Shown here in pieces: positions 1-14,660 of a stretch of DNA of 64,000 nt (position 1 is its first letter; the number at the start of each line of letters is the position of its first letter). The position numbers and the translations under genes are program-made. The stretch comes from the human T2T-CHM13v2.0 reference genome, Homo sapiens, in NCBI RefSeq assembly GCF_009914755.1, contig NC_060928.1; one strand, written 5' to 3'. The notes under the pieces were generated by a model that did not search any database, was not told where the DNA came from, and was given only the letters and a program-made list of their open reading frames with translations.

Positions 1-278
<278 letters not shown>

Positions 279-329
279 CTACACACAGGTAAAAAATAAT
301 AATAATACAAAAATTAAAACAACAACAAA

Positions 330-1350
330 ATGTCCCAAGCCTACATCTCCTTCAACCTACCACCCCAATTCTTGGCTCCCCTTTATAACAAAACTCCTTG
401 AATGAATTGTCTATACACAGTCTCCACTTCCAATTCCCCTTTTCTCGTTCTTTGTTGAACGACTTCAATCAGGTTTTTATTCCCAACTCTCCACAGAAAT
501 AGGTCTTGTCACAATTTGCCAATGATCTGGAATTTTCCTAGGCTATGGAATTATGAGAAATAAACTCCTATTGTAATAAACCATTGTATTTTGTTGTTAT
601 TGTTTGAATCACAGAAGTCAATCTTAGCTTAAGTAATAGAACTAAGAACATCCATATTTATGTATCTTTAATTTATATGCCTCTCTGCACTTCACACTTT
701 TATTGCCAACTGTCTACTGTGCAACAAACGGAATGTACAGTAAGCATCTCACACTTAACATGTAAATACTAAACTTTTCATTTCCTCCCCTAAGTAGACT
801 TTTCTGTCAGAAAATGTTTCACCCTTCTTCCTGCTCGGAGCTGAAGCCATGGGGTCATCCCTGATACCTTTCTTGTTCCGATATTCCACATCAAATCCAC
901 CAGGAAAGGCAATTATCATCTCTCACCAGATTACTGCTATAGCTTTCTGACTGGTCTTTCTGCTTCCTCCCTGGCCCTGTCATATTCTATTTCCAACACA
1001 GAAACCACAACAATCCTCCAAGAATACAGTTCAGTGTAAGCCACTGTTCTGCACAAAACTTCCACCAGGCTTCTCATCTCATTCAGAGTCAAATCCAGAG
1101 CCCTTACCTTGACCTACACAGCCAGATGCTTTGTTCTGTTACCTGTCTGATCCCATCTCTGGCTTCCTCTCTCCTCCTTCACTCCCCCAGCCAAGCTGGT
1201 CCCTTTGGTCTTTCTTAAACATCACAGCCACTCCCCGCTCAGCGAACTCCACACTCAGGGACCAAGCACTGGCTGTTCCTCCTGCCCAGAAGTCTCTCCC
1301 CAAGAGAATGATATGACTCACTTCTACACATTCTCAGTCTCTCCTCAAAT
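330..1350 (+). mobile_element. Degenerate L2 LINE fragments, with a short MLT1-like piece at about 530-640
   Basis: L2 3'-region-like motifs such as catctctcaccagattactgc and ctcatctcattcagagtcaaatccagagccctt; recognised from memory, boundaries approximate. Confidence 0.6.
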
Positions 1351-2010
1351 TTTAAACTTTTTGTTTTGCATTTTAAATCATTCTTGTATTGATCTAAGAA
1401 ATACCTTCCATGCAAGAGACACTGTATTGGAAACTTGAAGATGAATATGAAATGTCCTCTGCCCTCAATAAACTGCTAAATAGGACTAGAGAATGGGCTT
1501 TCCAGGAAGGTTTCCTAGAAGAAGCAGGCCTGGAACTGAATCTTGAAGAAAATAAAAGAGTTAATTGGGAGTGGGAAGGGAGGGGTGGCAAAGCAAGTAC
1601 CTCTTAGGGAGAGAGCAATTGAGTATACGTGTGGATATGACAGAGTATGACATATTAGGAGGCTGCAAGATTAGCCTTATCTGTCCCCAGAACCTGGTCA
1701 TGTGCTACGACATGAGCACTAGAGATAACTCACTGAACCACAGGGGATGGGAGGGAGAGGAAAGAATCACCCTAGAGGCAAGTCTGATGTCAGACTATCT
1801 CTAGAGTCGTGCAAGAGAGGAAGCCAAGAGCAGCACACAGATATGCAAACTGCTGGAAACTGCAGAGCACTGCTAGTGACAAGCAGGGACACTCAGATAA
1901 GCAACTAGGATGAGAAGCCCATTAGGAAGAAGGAAAGACGGCTCAACATATGAGCAGAATTCAGGAACATGAATTCCTTGGAGATGCAAGATTCAGAGAC
2001 AATAATACTC

Positions 2011-2824
2011 TGTTACACTGACAGCCCTCAATGAACCATTTTTTCTGGTATTCATATCCTTGACAATCCTCTCCCTGGAATCTGGTCTGAACCTGTGACT
2101 TACTTTAACCCAGTGGTTCTCACAGAGATTTTGTTCTCCAGGGGATATTTGGCAGTGTTTAGAAACACTTTTATTTGACCCAAATGGGGAATGTGGAGAA
2201 AGGATGCTACTAGCATTCCTACTGTACTAGTGGGTAGTGGCCAGGGATGCTACTAAACATTCTACAATACACAGTACAGTCCCCCACAACAACAAAAAAA
2301 TACCTTGCCAAAAATGTCAATAGTGTCAAGGTTGAAAAGCCAATAGAATGCCCCCTAAGCTTTAAGACCTTATGCCTTTAAAAGGACTGAGCTTTCAAAA
2401 GCCTAGAAGCTTCCACTTTTGCACTCCTTAAAGGAGGGTAGCCAGACTTTTTACATGCCAGCTCAGGGTTGCATGGAGACACCACATGAGAGGACACGTG
2501 GAAAGGAAGCAGTCTTAAGGCTGGGTACATGGAGGAGTGCTGAGAACACAGCTGACGGAAAGAACTAAGGTGCCAGATGTACCATTCCAGGCAAGCTCTT
2601 CCGGCCTGTCTCCAACCATTTGAGCCGCCTTTGCTGAAGTGACAGACATGAGCCAAGAAGCTCTCATGGATGTTTCAGCATGCACAGTCATCACAGAGAG
2701 CAGGGACAAGTTTTCCCTGCTGAGCCCTGCCCAAATGGAAGAATCATGAGCAAGTAAATAAGATGTTGATTTAAGTCAAGATGTTTTGGAATAGTTTGTT
2801 ATACAGCAATAGATAGATGAAACA
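2011..2824 (+). mobile_element. MLT1-family (ERVL-MaLR) solo LTR interrupted by MER20
   Basis: MLT1-like 5' part (ctggtattcatatccttg...gtgacttactttaacc | aatagaatg) and 3' end (gtttgttatacagcaatagatagatgaaaca). Confidence 0.7.
2111..2340 (+). mobile_element. MER20 (hAT-Charlie DNA transposon relic)
   Basis: cagtggttctca...gtgggtagtggccagggatgctactaaacattctacaat...aatgtcaatagtgtcaaggttgaaaa resembles the MER20 consensus. Confidence 0.85.
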
Positions 2825-2829
2825 ATAGT

Positions 2830-3180
2830 CAACATAATAGGCATGTTTCTAAGCACATGCTAATGACATCCTTATGAAATAAGATCTGTTATTATCAATG
2901 CCACTTTAACTATGAGAAAACTAGTACATGAGTACAGGGAAGTTAAGTATCCACACAGGCTAACACTACTAGGAACAGAGTTTGGATTTGATCGCAGTTA
3001 GCGTAACACCAGAGACTGTATCTTAACCATCATGCCATAGATCCTGTCTAGTCATTCATTCATTCAAAAATATATATGGAGAACCTACCATGTGCCAGAC
3101 ACTGTTCCATACATATGGGATATAGCAGGGACCAAAACAGATGAAAATTCCTGGTCTCACAAAATTTAAGTTCTAGTGAA
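2830..3180 (-). mobile_element. MIR fragment followed by an L2 3' end
   Basis: MIR-core-like tatgagaaaactag...gaagttaagt; cattcattcattcaa...taccatgtgccagacactg is the reverse complement of an L2 tail. Confidence 0.6.
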
Positions 3181-4049
3181 TGTAACCACCCCAGGGGCTT
3201 ATTTTGCCTGCTGCTCAGATAGAGACGATTTATCAAGACAGGGAGATTGCAACAGAGAAAGAGTTGAATATATGAAGAGTGGGCTAAATAGCAGTTTTAT
3301 TATTACTCGAATCAGCCTCCCTGAAAATTCAGAGGCTAGGGTTTTTTAAAGGATAGGTTAGCAGGCAGAGGGTTAGGGAATGGATGCTGCTGAGTGATTG
3401 AGTATGCAATCATAGGGGAGTGGAAAACAGCCCTTGTGTGCTGAGTACTCTTCTATGTGGGGGTCACAAGGCCAGTTGAGTCAAGATCCTAGGTCAAAGC
3501 AGAGTCGTTCAGGCCACAGCAATGTAAAAGTCTAAAAAGACACTTTAAAAGCCTTTTTTTTTTTTTTCCCCCTCTCTTGAGACAGAGTCTCACACTGTTA
3601 CTCATGCTGGAGTGCAATGGTGCAATCTTGGCTCACTGCAGCCTTGACCTTCTGGGCTCAAGTGATAAAAAAGGCCAATCTTGGGTTTTTTAATAGTGAT
3701 GTTATTTACAGGAGTAATTGGGGAAGTTATAAATCTTGTGATTCCAGAACAATGAACGGTTATTTTTTAACTATGCTTACATCTTAGTAGAATTCATGTT
3801 CCTCTCATAATCCTAAACTTGCAGACTTTTATTAGTTTTCTAAAGGTGGTTTAGTTTTGGGAAGGGCTATTATCATCCTTGATTTAAGGTTAAACTATAA
3901 TCTAAATTTCTCCCAAAGTTAGCTTGGCCCATGCCCAGGAATGACCAAGGGCAGTTTGGAGGTTAAAGGTAAGATGGAGTTGGTTAGGTCAGGTCCCTTT
4001 AACTGTCATAATTTTCTCACTGTTGACAATTTTTACAAAGGCAGTTTCA
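3181..4049 (-). mobile_element. 3' LTR (LTR8 family) containing a truncated Alu
   Basis: Minus strand begins TGAAACTGCCTTTGTAAAAATTG and ends ...GGTTACA; homologous to 12801-13571 and 29643-30340. Confidence 0.85.
3554..3667 (-). mobile_element. 5'-truncated Alu (right-arm fragment, J-like) inside the 3' LTR
   Basis: Poly(T) then gagacagagtctcac...ctcactgcagccttgacc...ctcaagtgat; absent from the other LTR. Confidence 0.85.
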
Positions 4050-4618
4050 ATCCTTCCTTTGCATTTCACCATATCTTATTTTTAAGGTGTGATCTATGAA
4101 GATGGAAAAAGTCTGATGACCGCTCTAACTTTTTTATGTTGACAGAGGGCAAAGTTGGAATAGGGCTTGGCCTCAGGGTAGGAGGAATGAAGCCACTTTA
4201 CCGCTGTCTATATGTATTCATGGGTGCCTTATTGGGGTTTTAAGGCTTGCATGACAAACAGGTTAGTATTCTCATCCATAGTTTTAGCACAGCATTTAAG
4301 TGAACAGCAGACTGTGAGATAATCAGTTTTAATATAAGGAGTGAAAGTCCTAGCTTTAGACATTCTTGTACAATTGATCTAAAGCCCTGAGTGACCCAAG
4401 TGAATAGCCCTGAGAAACAATTACATATGGGGTTGTTAGAAAGATGAATTGGGATAAACAGGAAAGAGCAAATTTAAATATACCAGTCCATATATTTTGT
4501 AGTCATTGTTTGGCTTGAGAATAGATCAGTTTAGTTAAACAGCTATATTCCATTCCAGGAGGTGGCCTTGTAGATGGGGTAGGCCTCTATATGTGATGAA
4601 GGCAAACACATGTTTATG

Positions 4619-4919
4619 TATTTTTTGAGACAGAGCCTTACCCTGCCACCTATACTGGAGTGCAGTGGCATAATCATGGCTCACTGCAGCCTTGACCTGC
4701 TGGACTCAAGTGATCTTCCAGTCTCAGCCTCCTGAGTAGCTGGGACTACAGGAACTTGCCACCACACTCAGCTATTTATTTATTTATTTTTTAATTTTTT
4801 TGTAGACACAGAGTCTTGCTATGCTTCCCAGGATGGTCTTGAACTCGTGATCTCAAGATTTCCTCCCACCTCGGCCTCCCAAAGTGCTGGGATGACAGGC
4901 ATGAGTCAGTATGCCCAGC
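4619..4919 (-). mobile_element. AluJ-like SINE inside the provirus
   Basis: Dimeric Alu with J-type cactgcagccttgacc and ctcaagtgatc. Confidence 0.9.
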
Positions 4920-6328
4920 ACAAATTTTAAATGAGATATTTTTATGGCAACTGAAGAAAACTAAAGGTTAATGTTAGACACAATCTACTCAGATGTTAGA
5001 CTCAAAGCATCTCTGGTTAGAGAGAAGGAAGGACACGGCAATGTAGGTTTTTCTTGCCTATATTACAAGGAATGAGCTTTAGCTTGCAGAGCCTCAGGAA
5101 AAAGGTAGCAGCAATTTTATTGCGTCTATGTCTGAATGGAAGACATAGAAGGAGTAAGACTGAAAAAGAAACAAAATTTAAAGGAATTTTAAAAAAGAAA
5201 AATGGAAGATAAAAAAATGTTAAAGCACTAGTTTGGGAAATTGTAGCTTGGAAAGAATTCAGGATATTTTAAATTGCAGAAAATAATAAAAACCTCAAAA
5301 ACAATAGAGACGACTACAATCTAACAACAGGTGTATTATGAGTTTTTTTCTTACACATAATTTTTTTCTGGTCACCATTTTTATTAAAAACAAATCATAG
5401 TAGGACAAATTTATTTGCAAAGTAAGTTTTAGCCTGATTATATTTGGTCTGATTATTTGCATAAAGTGCAGCAAGAATAATTATTTTCCATATAAGCTTC
5501 TTTTTTTCTTTAATTGGCTTTAACTTTTTTTAAATGAAGAATCTCAGATATACTTCTTAAAGCCTTGAGTCCAACCATGGATTTATCTGTGCCTGCAAAT
5601 ATCTGTATTAGTTGGGCAAATGTTTTTCCCGTTGAGGTTCCAAGATAATATGGGCTTCCTGGGCCTGTCAGAAAGTGACTCTTTTTATTTATCACAGGTC
5701 AGGAACCCTATAAAGGGACTGCATAGACAAAGTATGAGGCCAGTTTTCTCAAGGGGCTTTTATTACCTCTATAAGTCAACTTTGATTCCTTAAAGCAGTT
5801 TGTTCATATGTGAAATTATGCTATTTCAGTCAAAACCTTGATAAAATAACCAATGTCTCTAATGGTATCCTGGTATCAAAGAAAACAGATTATTAAATTT
5901 ATGTGAACAATTGTATTGCCATAAATTAAGTATACTTACAAATTGTTTTTAAATCCTGGAGAAATCACATAAAGAGAAAGAAATATGCTTTAAATTTTGT
6001 TCACAAGGATATATTCTGTAAATAGCTCAAACAAGGGGTTTTGGGGGGCTCTGAAAAACAAAAGAGTTAGCAACGTTTTAAACAAAAAAAGTCATAAAAA
6101 GATTGTTTTAATTTTTTTTAGTTCAGTCCATGTAATTAGTTCCTGTTCTGCCTGATATAGGACCAGCAGTCCTCATGAACACATCGGCTCTCTACAAAAG
6201 TCCTGAAAGTTTTTGCTTTTGCTTTTTTTAATTTTAATGGCTCAATTCCTAACATTATCAGAAAACTGCATTCAAGAGCACCCATCAGAATCTTAAAGCT
6301 GATTATCAACCACCATTCGAAAGGATCA

Positions 6329-6708
<380 letters not shown>

Positions 6709-7048
6709 TCACAATAGTTTAATATAACAATCATAATTATTACTGATAATATACTGAGACATATCAGAATTATAGGAATTATACAAATTTGGAATAATAC
6801 ATTTATATGAACATAATTTAAAGAAAGTTAAACACTATTTTGTATGTGGCAATGCTTTCTGTACGATTTTAATGTACGATAAGCCAAATGTCTCTTTTGG
6901 ACTTGAGGGGACCTAATATTTAAAAGTTTAATGAGGAAAAAAAAGCCTTAATTTATTATTTGATTTTGGAAAAGTCATCAAATACTATTATATATCACAA
7001 AATAAGATCACAGGTCATTTATTTAGTCAAAGTGATAACTCAAAAACC

Positions 7049-7383
7049 TTTTATTTATTTATTTATTTTTGGAAGCAGAGTCTTGCTCTATCACCCAGGC
7101 TGGAGGGGAGTGGCACAATCTCAGATCACTGCAACCTCCACCTCCAGGTTCAAGCAATTCTCATGCCTCAGCCTCCCAAGTAGCTGGAATTACAGGAGCA
7201 GGCCACCACACCCAGCTAATGTGTGTGTGTGTGTGTGTGTGTGGGTGCATGCGCGTGTGATTCAGTAAAGACGGGATTTTACCATATTGGCCAGACTGGT
7301 CTCAAACTCCTGAGCTCAGGCAGTCCACCTACCCTGGCCTCCCAAAGTGCTAGGATTAAAGGCATGAGCCACTGCACCTGGCT
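7049..7383 (-). mobile_element. Alu with a (TG)n microsatellite in the central linker
   Basis: Dimer with (TG)n at about 7220-7242. Confidence 0.9.
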
Positions 7384-8005
7384 CAAAAAACTTTTAAAGG
7401 CAAGAACCCTTACTCTAATAAGAAGCTCAGGTTTCCAAACAAGACCCAATGAAGACATTATGAAGCCAAGTGAATCTCTCTTTTTTCTTCTCTCCTTTTT
7501 TTCCTGCAGTTTATCTACAAGGCAAATAAAAATTTTCATTGTCTCTCAATATTACACAAAAAAATTTTTTAAAAAGAGTAAACCAAATTCCATCTTTGTA
7601 TATCATTAATTTTAAAGCTATTTTTTAATAAAATCATATAAACAAATCTAATTTTAATTAGTTTGACCATAAGGTAAGATACCTATAAATTCTTTTAATC
7701 CTTTATAATTATTTTATTAAGGAGTAGATTAATGCTTAATGAAAACCCTGTTATTTAGACACAGGAGTGCAGACTCTGGCCCCACATCAGTGTGGTTTTC
7801 ATATTAATGTTTAATTTATAGAAAAATTAAATAACCCCCTTTAAATTTTTGCCAATTTGCTCACACTGACAGAATTTTTTTATGAGATCAGTTTTTATGA
7901 GCCTTTTATAATATGTTTAAAAAATTTAGTTTTATCTTTTTAAAACTTAATCCTTAAACTCTTTAAACTAGTCAAAATTATTTTTGGTAAAAAAAATCAC
8001 ACTTC

Positions 8006-8307
8006 GGCCAGGGGCAGTGTCTCAAGCCTGTAATCCCAGCACTTTTGGAGGCTGAGGTGAGTAGATTACCTGATGTCAGGAGTTTGAGACCAGTCTGGCC
8101 AATATGGTGAAACCCTGCCTCTACTAAAAATACAAAAATTAGCTGAGCGTGGTGGCATGTGCCTGTAATTCCAGCTATTCAGGAGGTTGAGGCACAAGAA
8201 TCGCTTGAGCTTGGGAGGTGGAGGTTGCAATGAGCCAAGATAGTGCCACTGCACTCCAGCCTAGCTGATGAAGTGAGACTGTGTCTCAAAAATAAATAAA
8301 TAAATAA
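8006..8307 (+). mobile_element. AluS
   Basis: Full dimer, (TAAA)n tail, near-TSD aatcacacttc/aatcacatttc. Confidence 0.95.
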
Positions 8308-8320
8308 TCACATTTCCGTC

Positions 8321-8396
8321 TCTTTTTATTTTTGTTTTGTTGTCGTTCTTGTTGTTGGTGGTGGTGGTGGTGGTGGTGCTGGTGGTGGTGGTGGTG

Positions 8397-8442
<46 letters not shown>

Positions 8443-8717
8443 TGGGTCTCATGCTATTGCTCAGGCTGCAGTACAGTAACCTGATGATAGTTCACTGCAA
8501 CCTTGACCACCCTGGCTCAAGCGATCCTCCTGCCTCAGCCTCCTGAGTAGCTGGGGCTATAGGCCTGAGCCACTAGGCCTGGCTAATTCTGTATTATTTT
8601 GTAGAGACAGGGTCTCACTCTGTTACCCAGGCTGGTCTTGAACTCCTAAGTTCAAGTGATCCTTCTGCCTTTGCCTCCCAAAGTGTCAGGATTACAGGCA
8701 TGAGCCATCATGCCCAG
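8321..8717 (-). mobile_element. AluJ-like SINE with a (GGT)n(GT)n tail expansion
   Basis: Alu body at 8441-8717; compound microsatellite at about 8355-8440. Confidence 0.9.
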
Positions 8718-8901
8718 TTTCCATGTCTCTTTATTAAGAACACATGACTTTTGTTTTTAGTGAAAGCAAGTTTAATTACGTACCAGGTGTAGAGCCTAGG
8801 ACACAGGACAGAACTAATGAACAAATGTCTAAATTTTGAAGACTTTTTAAAAACTGTATTTTTAAAGGATTATTAGAGTCACATGAACTAAAACACATTG
8901 A

Positions 8902-9237
<336 letters not shown>

Positions 9238-10116
9238 TCTAGGTGCTTATTTTTTAAAGCTAATTACTTAGAGTTCTTTTATATGTTTTTGTAGTGAAAC
9301 ATCACTCACATGACAAATATAGATACATTAACAGAAGCACATGTGTCTGCGCTGCCTATAAGTTATGAGATTTCCATTTACCAGTTTTAAAGTTTTTTTT
9401 TTTTTAATTTTAAACCCTCAGTCTCTTGATTACCTGTTGCTGACCTAAAAAGTGTCAGCCAGGCAGTTCCAAATTTATGTTTTTAAAGGGATAATTCTTA
9501 GATGAAACAAAATGGAGAATTAATATTTTATTTAAACCAAGGGAAAATTGTGTGGGTAAAGTTTACTCAAGATGTCCAGGAAAAGTAGACACTCTGACAT
9601 ATGGAGATTTCCTTAAAGATGTAAATTTCTTCATTGGATTTTGGCTTTAGGGTGGAGACTCTTAAGGAATAGGGATAGGAAAGCATGCAGATCCTAGGGC
9701 CTAATAAGCAAGCATGGCTGGAAGGCAAAATAGATCCCCAAATTCAAGGATCTCATTTTTACACTGAATCCTGGGTCCCCAAAAGAGGGAAACACTATAG
9801 GATGAGAATGCAATACTTCCATAGTGAATTTTATTATAAGGACATTTTCCCAAGGCTGCTGGACAATCCAGTACCAATTAGCCCACTCTGTAATCAGTCC
9901 ATTTTCTATTCTATACCTTTTTGCTGTGTAAGAGCATACTTTTCTTATTTACATGTGCAAAGAAAGGAATATCGCCCCGTAGTAATAATTATTCATTGTA
10001 AGCAATTACCATTAGCCATTTTTAAAAGTATGGCTCTTATCTAGCTATTACATATCTAGATTAAAATGTTTTATAATTCAAAGTAATTTCTAGTTCCTCC
10101 AAAAATTCAAAAAGAT

Positions 10117-10407
<291 letters not shown>

Positions 10408-11613
10408 TCAAAAAGATTAGATACAAGAGGAAGGGGGTACAGACAGGAGTAAATGACAAACAATCAGAATTCTGTTGACTGAGAAGTTTTTACAGAGGGA
10501 GAGCAGGGGCTTTTAAACAATATCTAGACACATATAGCCCAAATATTAGCCTTTATTAAGACAATTTTCAGCTATAGGGCTCTCAATAGAAAACGCTTTT
10601 AAATCTTTCATCATTAGATTTTAGCCAGGACAAACAGCCAATATTTCTGTTTTTTACCTAAAGTAACCTCCCATGTGAAACTGATAAGCCTTAACTAAGG
10701 TTATGATTTCACCATGGGTGTCAGAGGTATTCTTAAAGAGGTGGCAAGCAGTTTTCACAGTTTCCCCCCAAAGGTGGCTCTGAGAAAAGAACATTCAAGA
10801 CAGAAAGTTAGAAGTTGTTCATGGAAGGGTAAAGAATCAACACATGGCAAAAGTCACACAAATATCAAACCAGAAAGGGCCTATTTCCTGAGCTGAGAAT
10901 TGAACCGAGGCTGCTGTAGCAAAAGGGCAAAACCTTAGTTACTGAGCTACAGCCATGAGGCAGTTGCTATTATTTTTCCCAGAAGCAATCTAGAGCAGGT
11001 AGTTTTGAGTTTGCAAAAGATTTTAACTGTTCAAGGGTATTCCTAAGGCTAGCCATGATATTATCATGTGTCCTTTTAGAATTGCTGCATGTCATAAAAC
11101 CAAAAATTCCCACCGTCTGGATGGCAGAGACCAAGAGAGAGTACCTCCACATGATCACAAAGTCAAGTTCTCAAGGACATAAAACAAGATGAAAGGAAAA
11201 CCTCATCTGGTTTTTGTTTTGGAGATCCACAGCAAAGTATGTAACTGACCAGTCTGCAGGGCTGGCTCCAACAGCAGGCTTATAGGGGTTCTAAGCCCAC
11301 ATTCTACACTATGGTACCCCTCTCCACGACAGAACAACACAGAAAAGATGAAAAGACTAGTCACACAAATCCTTTATCCTATTAATCAAAACTTTGCGAA
11401 GGAGAAAAACAGTAACTTTTACCATTCACTCAACCAGTTTACACAAATGGAGAGACCAGAAGCCTGGCTGGTAAGAAACTCTTACCCTTTTGTCAGCTTG
11501 TCAGGTTTCTGGGTTTCCTCTCTCTGTGACTTCCAGAAGAGTGAAGCAGCTTTTGATGATCCTGCTTGCTGCACCATAGCTATGGGGGCCGCATTACAAA
11601 AGAAAATCATCTG

Positions 11614-11907
11614 GGCTGGGCGTGATAGCTCATGTCTGTAATCCCAGCACTTTGGAAGGCCAAGACAGGTGGATCACTGAAGACTGGGAGTTCGAGACCA
11701 GCCTGACCAACATGCAGAAACCCCGTCTCTACTAAAAATTCTAAAATTAGCTGAGTGTGGTGGCGGGTGCCTGTAATCTCAGCTACTCAGGAGGCTGAGG
11801 GAGGAGAATCACTTGAACCTGAAAGGCAGATGTTGCAAGAGCTGAGATTGTACCACTGCACTCCAGCCTGGGTGACAGAGTAAGACTCTGTCTCAAAAAA
11901 AAAAAAA
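11614..11907 (+). mobile_element. AluS
   Basis: Full dimer with poly(A). Confidence 0.95.
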
Positions 11908-12800
11908 TTGTCCTTTTTCATTTCACGGAACCATAGGCAAAAGCTTCTCAATTTTGCAAGTTGCCACCCAACAGGCTACATGGGGGAACCAAATTAACAT
12001 TTCCAATTCTGGCCAGAGTGAAATACACGTGACAGAACACAGACACTAGATATCCCACTCAGTGCCCAAGTATGGACCTGGCAAGGCTCAAATTTGTGCC
12101 CGTTCATCCACTCAAGATGGGGAGGGATCACCTCTGACTGGGAATTTTAACAGGTGGTCTCAGGGCAGGATGGAAGGGCAGGATGGAAGGGCAGATGGTC
12201 ACCCTGAGTTAGACCTGCTGAGCTCCCTCTAACACTTCCTTCAGGGCTTACTGAATGTGACTGGTCAGACAAAACAGGAGAGCCGGCTGGACTTCCATCA
12301 GCCATTCCTTTAGAGATTTTCTGCACATATATAAACACACACAGTGAACTAAAGACAAACAGAAGAATTTTTAAACCAAGATTCCAGACCAGATTCGTTC
12401 TTCAAACCGGAAGAGCATTCTTCCAAACAGGTCTCCTATGCTCCATCCAACAGGGGAGAGATCTCCCAAAACCGAGATTCTTCCTACAATCTAGGGAGAG
12501 CCGGATAGTTCCCATGATGGGACAACAGTGCCTCTAGAGAGGCCAACAGATCAGGAGAAGGAAGGGGATGTTGGCAGCACCTGAAATACTGGATGTCTTT
12601 CAGGAAATATTTCTCCATTGCAATTAGATCCATGCATTATGGGTAAATAGCACCCTACTAGAAGAGATGGTGCCAGGGGTAGTCCTTAGTCCAAGAAAAC
12701 TAAGTGGCCATTTGGGCTGGCCTCTGAATCCATTGCCAGTGAGAGGCTGCTGAACCACAGGCAAGTACCTACAAAGGCTATCATGGACAAGCCCCAAATT

Positions 12801-13571
12801 TATAGCTGCCTAATGGGTTTATTTTGTCTGCTACCCAGATAGAGCCAATTTATCAAGACAGGGGAATTGCAATAGAGAAAGAGTTTAATACACATAGTGC
12901 CAGCTAAATGGGAGACTTGAGTTTCATAATTACTCAAATCAGCCTCCCCCCATATTTGGGGTTTTTTAAGGATAATTTTTGGCAGGCAAGTGGCTAGGGA
13001 ATTGGTGCTGCTAATTGGTTGGAGATAAAACCATAGGGGTGTGGAAAACAGTACTTGTGTGCTGAGTCTTCTTCTGGGTGGGGGCCACAGGACCAGTTGA
13101 GTTAAGAATTGCAGGTTCAGGTGGAATCATCTGGTCCTCGGAAATGCAAAAGTCTGAAAAGACATCTCAAATGGCCATCTTAGGTTCTATAATAGTGATG
13201 TTATTTATAGGAGTAATTGAGGAAGTTATAAATCTTGTGACCTCCAGAACAATGGCTGATTCTCATTTAACTATGTCTACATCTTAGCAGAATTCAGGTC
13301 CCTTTCATAATCCTAATATTGTGGGCTTTCATTACTTTTACAAAGGCAGTTTTGGTCCCCAACTAAGGAGGGGGTAGTTTGAGGAAGGGCTATTATCATC
13401 CTTGCTTTAAGGTTAAACAATAAACTAAATTTCTCCCACAGTTAGCTTGGTCCATGCCCAGGAATGACTAAGGGAAGTTTGAAGGCTAAAGGCAAGATAA
13501 AGTTAGTTAGGTCAGATTTCTTTCACTGTCATAATTTTCTCACTGTTATAATTTTTGCAAAGGCATTTCCA
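12801..13571 (-). mobile_element. 5' LTR (LTR8 family)
   Basis: Homologous to 3181-4049 and adjacent to the Pro-like PBS. Confidence 0.85.
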
Positions 13572-13754
13572 TAAAATCTGAAAAGCAATAGAACTGCACC
13601 ATTGGGTAGCAAGACTTGACCCACTATTTACACACTAAATAGGTGTGGCAGACATTCATTGCTTTTTGGCTTCCAGGCGTCTATTCTAGCACCCCCAGTT
13701 CCACTGGGAAATTACTCTTCCTAATGGATACATTCTGTTAAGACTTTTACTCAA

Positions 13755-14040
13755 GGCCGGGTGCAGTAGCCCACAAAGTCAGCACTTTGGGAGGCTGAGG
13801 CCGGAGGATTCATTGAGCCCTGGACAGTGAGACCAGCCTGGGCAACATGGTGAAACCCTGTCTCTACAAAAAAATTCAAAAATTAGCCTGGTGTGGTGGT
13901 GTGCACCTGCAGTTCTAAGTACTTGGGAGGCTAAGGTGGGAAGATTCCTTGAACCTAGGAGGTGGAGGTTGCAGTAAGCCAAGATTTGTCCCACTGCACT
14001 CCAGCCTGGGTGACAGTGAGATGTGGGTGACAGAGTGAAA

Positions 14041-14075
<35 letters not shown>

Positions 14076-14134
14076 ATAGTGAGACCTGGGTGACAGCCTG
14101 GGTGACAGAGTGAGACCTGGGTGACAGAGTGAAA

Positions 14135-14177
<43 letters not shown>
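13755..14177 (+). mobile_element. AluJ-like SINE with a reiterated 3' end and two (TAAA)n tails
   Basis: Alu body followed by repeated gggtgacag units and two (TAAA)n arrays. Confidence 0.9.
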
Positions 14178-14369
14178 GTGTTAGACAAAAACAGCTTCAA
14201 GCTTCCTTTATCAAACTGGATTACTGTACTAAGATCTTTCTGCATAGAAATTCTGAAACCAACACTGGAAACAGTTCTTAAGCAAAGAACAAGACACAAT
14301 GGTGCTAATTAATAGAACCGGGATAAAGACACAAAAGCATGCAGAAACCCAACTGTTGGAACTAGACCA

Positions 14370-14660
14370 GCAGCATATACCCAAGAAAGGGCAGATTCCA
14401 AGGCCCCATCTTAGACTCTCTGGATCAAAATCCCTGGAGTAGGAGACCAGGTCTTTTCATTTTCTTATATTTGTCAATGATTTTGAAGCTCACTAAAGTT
14501 TGATAACCATGCTGTTTTGTGCTGGGCTAGAGCCCCATGGAATCATGCTTGTCAAAGCTTAATATGCAGACATGTGATCTTGCTAAAATGTAGATTCTGA
14601 CACAGAAAGTTTGGGTGGGGCTTGAGATTCTGCATTTCTAACAAGTTCTCAAACGATGAG
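14370..14660. mobile_element. Two MER5-family (hAT) fragments
   Basis: cagattccaaggccccatc...gatcaaaatccctgg; aaaatgtagattctga...gggtggggcttgagattctgcatttctaacaag. Confidence 0.65.

Noticed and set aside
9685-10044. 119-aa ORF inside the LTR8 provirus
   Set aside because: Antisense to the provirus and lacks any retroviral or cellular motif
12163-12198. Short tandem duplications (13 bp here; also 31677-31702 and 37845-37880)
   Set aside because: Ordinary slippage duplications within TE relics
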